The notes beneath the pieces are model-generated. The model ran no database searches. It was not told the DNA's origin and was given only the letters and a program-made list of their open reading frames with translations. Below, piece by piece: positions 38,610 to 46,846 of a stretch of DNA of 46,846 nt. Origin of the DNA: Catajapyx aquilonaris (taxonomy: Eukaryota); the NCBI GenBank assembly GCA_000934665.2, contig JYFJ02003047.1, positions 1 through 46,846 on the forward strand, in the 5' to 3' direction. How positions within the stretch are numbered: position 1 is the first letter of the stretch; each line of letters begins with the position of its first letter. The position numbers and the translations under genes were made by a program.

Positions 38610-39233
38610 ATATCTTTTAAAGTTCGCGTGCTATGACCTTGTGGTTGTGCCTCTCTTTGTTAACCAATCACGGTCTGCGGTCGTGACCTCCCATACATTA
38701 GACCGCAAGACCTATTCTATAACGGCAGGTCTCATCTCTCATGGATATATCACACAGCCAATAGAATGCAGTGGGTTAAGGAAAACTAATAATTCCTACT
38801 GGTGCTGCTTTAAAAAGTCATGCATAATATTGTGTCAAAAAGTTGTCTTTTCAGGCAAGTGTGGTTTGTTTTCAATAAAGCTTATTGGTGTTCTTGCTGA
38901 CTCTTTTCACCACGCGCTTGCGGGTTCCTTATTCGTCGATAACAGTAAGAGGAGAGATTATTGAATCAAATCTTCTTTCATTTCCTTGTCGAAATGCTCG
39001 GAAAGCTACCCGTCGGCTGGAAGTAATAACATATAATTTCCGGGGAAGCAATTTTTCTGGCGCCAAATGCGCCAAATGTGATAGGGAACGCTTTCATTTC
39101 CATTTCCGACGGCTTTATTAAATATTTTCACCTATAATGAAGTCGGCGTAATTTTTCTTCGCTCTGAATAGGCGCACTTGTGTGTATAGTAATAGTGAAA
39201 AGGGCACAAACTGATTAAATTATAATTTGAAAG

Positions 39234-39281
39234 ATGTCGTTCCAAGAGGCCCAGGTGGCTTTAGAAAGCGCGATTTCTAAG
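39234..39281 (+). CDS. Candidate short coding exon MSFQEAQVALESAISK
   Basis: AAAG-ATG start context, 16 open codons and a consensus AAG|GTAAGC donor at 39282 (phase 0). No downstream partner exon was recognised. Confidence 0.25.
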
Positions 39282-42200
39282 GTAAGCGTAATACCAAAGT
39301 TGTTACCGTAATTATGGCATCTCAGAATTTTATTTTTCTCTGCTGGAACTGCCTAAAGTCCTACAGGATCTTGCTTGAAGCGTGGTCCCCGGGCATTATT
39401 TTGTACCCCCCAGCAACGGGTGCAGTAAAACACTCGTAACGTGAACTTTTGGAGTCGCGCTTTTCTTTGTGGGTCGTTACGACTACGCCCACTCGCGAGA
39501 GAAGAAAATAGTAGATAAAATCAGCAGGGGAATTTTGCACTTGGCCGAACTAAGACAGATGTAATAAATGCGAAGTTAATGTCATCATTATTTTATGCGA
39601 ATTCTCAAGTCCTCAAAATATGCTGGAATTTTGTTCGCGAAGGACAGAATATTTACTTCGAGAGAGCCTGGAAAATTTACTCCTTGGAATTGCTGAGAAA
39701 TGTTTGCTCTTCCTACTGTACGAGTATAGTCTGGAATTTGATTCTAGATATAAATATTGACAAAAAGGTCAAATATTTATGCTATGGCAAGATTATAATA
39801 ATGTACTCTTGCCATATTTATCTTTTAATATTCGTGTAAAATCATTATTGTATACACATGAGCATTAAATCATTACACTTCTGAATGTATTTAAAAATCG
39901 AATGAAAAGAGCTCATTCGAACAATATAAGGGAATTTTAGTATACTGCAGTTTCCCCTTTTAACCCTGTGCAAAATTATTCGAGAGCCGTCGAAAAGTGT
40001 TAGAAGAAAAAGCACATACCGTAACCTTATCTATATAAGTGTAAAAAAAAAAGGGTTTATGGGAGTAAACGCAATGTACAGTGATAACATATCGATCCAT
40101 CACTCAAGTAACTTCAAATTCTAGCAGCTGCATGACGACAAAAAGAGAAGACGTAGAAAAAAAAGGGTCAGGATTGCAGCAATCCTAATGCGAAATCATA
40201 TTAGACTATCACAGATGGAGCACCAAGTTCCTTCTTTTTCCTCTATTCTCTTTTTCCTCTGGCTGGAGGCACTTTCTCTCCCCCAAAAAAGAGACGAGGT
40301 CTGCTTTTGTGATTGGTCGCGGGGTATTGTAATTCACGGTAATGCGATTGTCATTTCAGTGAAAATTGAAATCCGGGAAGTCGCCTCTGTAAAACGCAGA
40401 CTTTCCCCCCATCCCAACCTCCAGACCACCTCACCCTCTCCCCTCCGATTTTATCCGGAGCGTGAAACTTGTGTGCGGCGAAGAAGAAAGTCCGAAAGAA
40501 ATCTAGAAGAAAAAAAAAGACGGTTCGGTCGAAGCCTAACCTCCGTCACATATATTTTCAATAAGGACATCGAAAGACCCGTTGGGGCTGAACCAAATTA
40601 ATTATTCCCGCCAGAAAATTTGAACAGCTTATCAATCATTATTTCTTCGCCATATACGATCGACAGTGTTTGACGACAAGCAGTGTGCGACACGCCAATC
40701 TAATCAGGCCAATAATTGAAGCGAACGAGAAAGTGCGCCCGTGAAGAACCCCCCCCCCCAACACCCCACACACTNCTATAATTGAAACAAGGCTTGATGA
40801 AGGTCGCGTCTCCTAATTTTACGCACGCTTTATTGCTGCAGACTCGGATGAAAATCAAGGATGAATGCGCCTGTGGAGCTTGCTAGGTGACGAGCAAGGA
40901 TCCGGTACCGCTGAGGACTATGTTACTTCATTTTTTCTAGAATCGTGCGTTTGTTGTTGGGAGATCTGGGGAGAATCTAATATGGAAGTCGTTCGTGGAT
41001 AATGCTTGATATTTGAAAATATTTGACGTTAAGTGTGTGGTTGTTGGTTTTTAATTTGCGCAATTTAGAATGGTATCTGCACTACAGATTTCATTCCTTT
41101 CATTTCGTTCAGCAATGTAGCCTAAAGACTGGGTTTCAACTGCATGATGAAAAAGTAATTTGAAGATCTGAAATGCAGAACGACTATTTGCATATACTGT
41201 ATATATTTTGTAGAGAACTTCAATTAGGTATTTTGCAATACAATCAGTGAAGTGTAGCTAACTCATCTTTCTGATAGGTCAGTCATACGCGCATAGAGAA
41301 ATTGTTGAAAAATTTATCCAACCAAAAGTAACAATATTCAATCTTCAAATTTCAAGTCCTAACTCTAACATCTCGATCCATCTGTATTTAAGGTCTTTAT
41401 TATATTCCAAACGGTCTGTAGACAAAATTATTGTGACTTTAGAGTGCATTAAATTATGCAAATCGCAACACATGCAACCTACTCTAATCTGAAAAATCAC
41501 GAACCAATCCGATAACGAGCCGTTACACCCCTAAGATGCGCACGCATCCACCCCTAACCCCTTGAGAATTCCCCTCTCAAATTCCATCTTACTCTCAGAC
41601 AAGTACGGCTATAATCCACAAAAGTAACCTGTCTCCCCCTTGCTGACACCTGTTGTATAACCTTAGGACGGTCACTTAACCTCCCGTCGCGCCATCAAGC
41701 CAGTAGGGGGAGGAAGAGCGAAAAGAGTATATATTTCCTGGTACAGTAGCTTGCAGCAGTGGAATGGAATGAAGTATAGTTGGGACACTTGAGCAAACTT
41801 CATCAACAAGGCTGGGTCAATATTGAACAAAACATCCGTTCCGCCATCTCTCTCTTGCTACAGGGCACATCCCTTATAAATGGTTGGAAGGCCCGGAGCA
41901 AGCGCATGGGGTCCCTACCATTCGGACTAGCTATAGGATATTGTAACTGTAGAGTACATCTGTGCATATGCCTTCCCCTCCCTCCCCTCTGGTTTTACTC
42001 GTGTCCGTGGGAAAATAGCCTTGTCCCTTAGTGAGCAGTTCTCCTGGGGCCCGTCCATCAATTACAGACCCGTGAAATTAATCATTTGCATTCGCCTCCA
42101 TTATGAGAAGGGACAGCAGCAGGATAGGGTTGGGGTGAGTGTTATTTGCGCCACATATTAATGCGCCTCTACCTCGACTTTTGTCACCCACCGTGAAGAG

Positions 42201-43519
42201 CACACACATTTCCCTCCGAATGCATTAGTACATCATTGACGATTTTGATGCGTTGCCCAGCAGGTACGGGGCATCAAAGGAACGTGATTCCCCGCGGAGA
42301 AGAGATAAGCATGGGGTTCGTTATTTACCATGTGAGGATGGTTGGAAAGAGGAACGGAAATATAAGTTGAAACAGAGTAACTATTCAGTAATGCAATGAG
42401 GTTGGCCGTTTTTTGTTGTATTTATCTTCAAATGGCAGATTTGATAATAATTTAGTTCCTGTGGGCTTTAATATACAGTTTCTTGTGTGCGTAAGCGGCA
42501 GAGAAATCAACTAGGTCCAATTAATAGCGGTTTTTTTTTGTTCCCACTAAAAAGCTTTTTAATGCCTGGTGAAGTCCATTTCAGTCCTAAAGATTCGTAA
42601 GGAGCCAGCAAGCCAATATTTTCTGGCAACACTGGCATGTAAACAAGTGCAAGGTTAGAATTTTTTCTTTCAATTATCTCGAAACTGGTTTTTTATTTAG
42701 TGGATTTTTCATGTATGCCCACAATATGTGATAATGAACAAGCCCGTCAAATTGAGTAGAAGCAAGAATTAATTTACGTCTTCATGAAATTAGTCTGATG
42801 TAGTAATACACATTATTACATGTGGGTACTGTACCACACTAGTAGTCTTCGGCTTTAATTACCCTCTTTATTTCACACTGTAGAGACAGTGTCCTTTGTT
42901 GATGGTATTTATTAATAATGAGAGTTTGATCAGAAAAATGTAGTGTATTGCGTAACAAGGGTACATTTCGGTATTGGAATTCCATAAATTCCATAAATTT
43001 CATAAAAGTACTTGCCTCATAAAATAATACGTAATAATAAATATTGCATCACCGAGTTCCCTTCTGTTCCAGAAGTGTAGCTGATTCGGAAATGATATTT
43101 TACCAGCTAACCAGCTTTATTACTTAACTGATGAAAACAAACTCAGCTTAAAAGTTCCAATAGGCTAAAGGACTAAATGTCAATTTCTCTTCGTCTATGA
43201 AATGAAAATCTCACTCATTGTAAGTTATACATAATCCCAAGTAACTTTTGCTGATGTCATCAGAGTTAATAATAATTTATGAAGGGTACTTAAAAGCTGG
43301 ATAGAGTAAATTACTAGTTAGGGGAAATACAGATAATATTTCGCCAGTAACTGTGAGTAGTTTCACTTCAGTTAGATCTCAGCTGAACTTCCACAAAAAG
43401 TCATAAAAGAACGATGTGATAGCCTTGTCATAAAGTGAAGTATTATCTACCCCCTTTTTATACACTCTACAATCTGTCTTTGAAATACTGACCATCGCCT
43501 TAGAATAGTAAGGTCTGGT

Positions 43520-43825
43520 CACTCCCTCTTATCGCCTGACGGGGTTTTGCGGGAGGTGCTCACTTGAAAGCGCTTGTCATTGATGTGAATACACGTGGCG
43601 ACCCTACCGGACAGCGCTGAACTCACGTAGAAGGAAGGAGTCGGTCAAAATTAAGAATCTCATACGAGTATGATACGTATGAGATGACCGACTCTTCTCT
43701 TCTACCTAAGTTCAGCGCGGTCCGGTAGGGTCGCCACATTATTCACATCAGAGACAGGCGCTCTCAAGCGAGCATCTCCCGAAAAACGCCCCGTCAGGCG
43801 ATAAGAACTGATTATAGGGGGAGTG
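43520..43825. mobile_element. Diverged foldback element (~306 bp)
   Basis: TCTTATCGCCTGACGGGG...GTGGCGACCCTACCGGAC...GAGTCGGTCA pairs with TGACCGACTC...GTCCGGTAGGGTCGCCAC...CCCCGTCAGGCGATAAGA. The inner hairpin is TCTCATACG/CGTATGAGA and the ends are CACTCCC/GGGAGTG. Confidence 0.85.
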
Positions 43826-46619
43826 TCCGGGGGCTGGTACTGACTTATAGGATGCACCTGAAGGTCAAGGTATTTAATGGCTAAGCATAATATTCAACAA
43901 TAAATCCCCATAATTCACAAAGATAAAAAGAACGTAATAACTGATTGTAGCGTTAAAAATAGCTACTGAGTAAATAACCACTGAGTTAACTGAGTTGTAA
44001 AGACAGTGATTAATTGCCACATCCGTCACCAAGATACCTGACATTGTAGCCTGTCAGTCAGAATTTCTGACTTGGAGAGCTGGGCACGGTAAATTAGCTC
44101 TGCATACAAAACAGAACTGCGTTAATCCGTGATCCTAGCCCGGCATAAAAGTGAAAAATAAACCTTCCATTTCATACAGCATAATTCCAATACGGAACGA
44201 ACCACGAAAGCGTAATTATAACCAACCGTAATGTGGCCAACAGGCGCTGGACTATTTGAATGGGGAATGATTGACAGTTTGACCCCACAATTTACCGGAG
44301 TCAAAGTGAACCACTTTGTGGGGCTTCTGGATTGATGACAAGCCATCACCCACTCTGAAAAGCGGCTTATTTTCATCCCCACAACTAACTACCCGGTCAC
44401 CCAACCAGAGCCACTAATATTGTGTATGCTTTATAGGAAGCAACAAACACGTTCCCAACAACAAACAAAAAAACAATGTCCCTCGTTTCACTTGTATCTA
44501 ATGGAGGTCCGAAGCATGTGGTCGCAATCTGTAACAAGGTTCCTTCATCGGTGTCCAGGGAAGACCTGTCCCGTCGAGGCACGCAAAAATACGCAGACCC
44601 CATGGCCTTATGCAGAATGCGGAAGAAGGATAACAAGGCGACAAGGTTTCTCACTTTGTTGACTGGGAACTCTTGGCACGACCTCCGACACCGTCAACGC
44701 ATTTCAAATCCCAGCCGGATTGTTGGGGGACTACATACGGGGCTGTCCTGGCAAGCACTTTATCCTCATTTGTAGGGCGCATCCCGTGGTCTCTTGCAAG
44801 GTTTCCAGGACATGCACAGTGTTCCCCGAGGGATCCATTGGGGACAAGGCAAACTGCAACTGCAGCTCTTTAGATCCTTTAGGCCGTCACCTGCGACCGT
44901 CAAATGAACTTGAATCACGTGATGCCTTGTAGGTACCGACGGAGGGGAAATCTTGTGTTGAGAAGGAGTCATGGAAAATAGAGTCGTTACCTGCCACCTG
45001 TTTTGAGGTCAAGTTTGGCTTGATCACGAAGGAGCAGCAACTCACATGTTGGTAGACGGCTCTTGTGTTTGGTTGAATCGGTTCTGCGGTCACCTCATTG
45101 TCATCATATTATTGCTTTTGTAGGCTGACATGGTTTCTATGAGGCAGTGTGGGGTCGACATGCATGATTTTTCTACTGGGCTCTCAAGCAAGAGTATCGA
45201 CCTCATATTGTTACCAGTTACCGATGCATAAAAATTGTACGAGGCAAATTCAAAGCGCCTAATATAATGATTGGTAGAGTACAGGATGACAGGGTTACAG
45301 TATACCTGAAACACAGGCCTGTTACGTAATATACTGCACGTTGTAACTTGCCCTAAGCAAGTTTACTGTATCCCCAATAAGCCCTCTGCAAGCCAAATTG
45401 CAATGGGAGACGTGTATAATAGGAAGAGGGCAACGTGGTGCTCTCGATATGTTCATGAGTCTTGTCTCCAGTTTTGGGTGTTGTCCATTTTCTTTCCTTT
45501 TTATGCAAGTTATAGGATGAGGATGGTGTGCATGCTAAATATGGTCGCTTATTGTTTGACTGAATTTCCCAGATGATTGATTTGGTGCCTGCTATTCATC
45601 CTAGATCTCCGTTTGACAAATCTCAAGGGGAAAATGCATCGCCCTCACAAATCCGAACTTCACAATCATAGGAGAGTCCGCCACATTTTCCGCGAGACGC
45701 ATATGTAAGCTTAATTCTTATAAAACACACAGTAGGAAAATATTCTTATACAGACCTGCAGGCCAGAAAGTACCAGTATAGCCAATTTTGTGGCTTAAAA
45801 ATAGTTGTTGGAAATTATGGCACATAGTGAGACACAAACACAGCTGATGTGTGAATGGATGAGTTAGAAAACTCCTAAGACAGTATCAAAAGTAAGCAGT
45901 AAATTTTAAAATGTAACTACATTAGGATTGAATAAAGTGATGCTGACTAATCCACAGTCTTCTAAACTGTAGTGCTGGTGGGTGAAAAAAACCTTTGGAC
46001 CATCTCGAGCAGTTACCGAATTCATCTACCAAGAGTTTAATTAAATTCAACTCAACATAATTATCTGCTTTGAAGTGCCGTATTAAAATTACCATTTCAT
46101 AAGCAGAGTCCAACATACCATAGGGAATACAAGCAGTATTCTCGTAATGTGGACATAAGCTGATTTCCATGTAGCTTGGGAATGTCACAAGATGCTATCA
46201 GGATCTGCACAAAGCGACTCTCTTGAGATTTCAACGATTCTCCATGGAACAGTATTATACATATAACATGACGTTGCAATCCCTGCAGAAAAGCGTAATA
46301 CATTTCAGTGCTGAGCGAAAGATAATATTTGTTTAAAAATAATAATTTTCAAGGATCTGGCATATTTTTACATGTAAGCATATACAGTATATGGTGTTTT
46401 GTCAGTCATCCACGAACTTGCTGCATATATGCCTCCCTGCAGTTTGTCATCACATGTTATGATGCCCTCATTTTAATTTAGAGGTCGGCATGTACTGGGT
46501 GATTTAGCAAGACCCAATAATTATTATTTGTACCAATACCTTAACCTTGCAGTGACATCCATAACGTGGGAGCTATGTATATTAGTCCGGGTGCTAAATG
46601 GTTGAACTTTGCATTTTGT

Positions 46620-46846
46620 GACAAAAGTATGAAACTCGGTACACTTGTCCTTTGGACACTTCTGATCATATCTGGACGTGGAGCCACGATGACCCACCCC
46701 GGTGGTGGTCCATTTCGCAGGGTTTCCATAACTACCAGATGCAGCATCATTTTAGGACCTTGTATTGGGTGACAAAAACATGAAATTCGCCACAATTGGT
46801 CTTTGGACACTTCTGAACATGGCTGGATGTGGGGCCATGATGACTG
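46620..46846 (+). repeat. ~151-bp-period direct repeat, probably transposon subterminal, running off the window
   Basis: GACAAAAGTATGAAACTCGGTACACTTGTCCTTTGGACACTTCTGA...GATGAC at 46620 recurs imperfectly at 46771. Confidence 0.75.

Overview
AT-rich eukaryotic genomic DNA, most likely from an invertebrate animal (inferred from tRNA-derived SINEs including a V-domain type, MITEs, GT-AG intron signals and microsatellites). It is not prokaryotic, and no CRISPR array or rRNA is visible. None of the supplied ORFs is a convincing complete gene. The window is a mostly non-coding mosaic. It holds at least ten non-autonomous DNA-transposon or foldback elements (hAT-, PIF/Harbinger-, Tc1/mariner-, Kolobok- and possibly CACTA-type ends, several with readable target-site duplications), two tRNA-headed SINEs, a frameshifted THAP zinc-finger relic (10.7-10.9 kb), the 3' exons of an unrecognised short-intron gene (6.2-6.7 kb, + strand) and several isolated hairpins. 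The 19-43 kb stretch lacks recognisable coding sequence and may be regulatory. The most unusual objects are: a 989-bp TIR element carrying a Pol III tRNA-like cassette and TTAGG-containing nested repeats; two unrelated SINEs sharing an identical 11-nt 3' tail motif in similar stem-loops; and a 2.55-kb TIR element containing splice signals and a nested hAT MITE. I cannot claim a new biological system from sequence alone.
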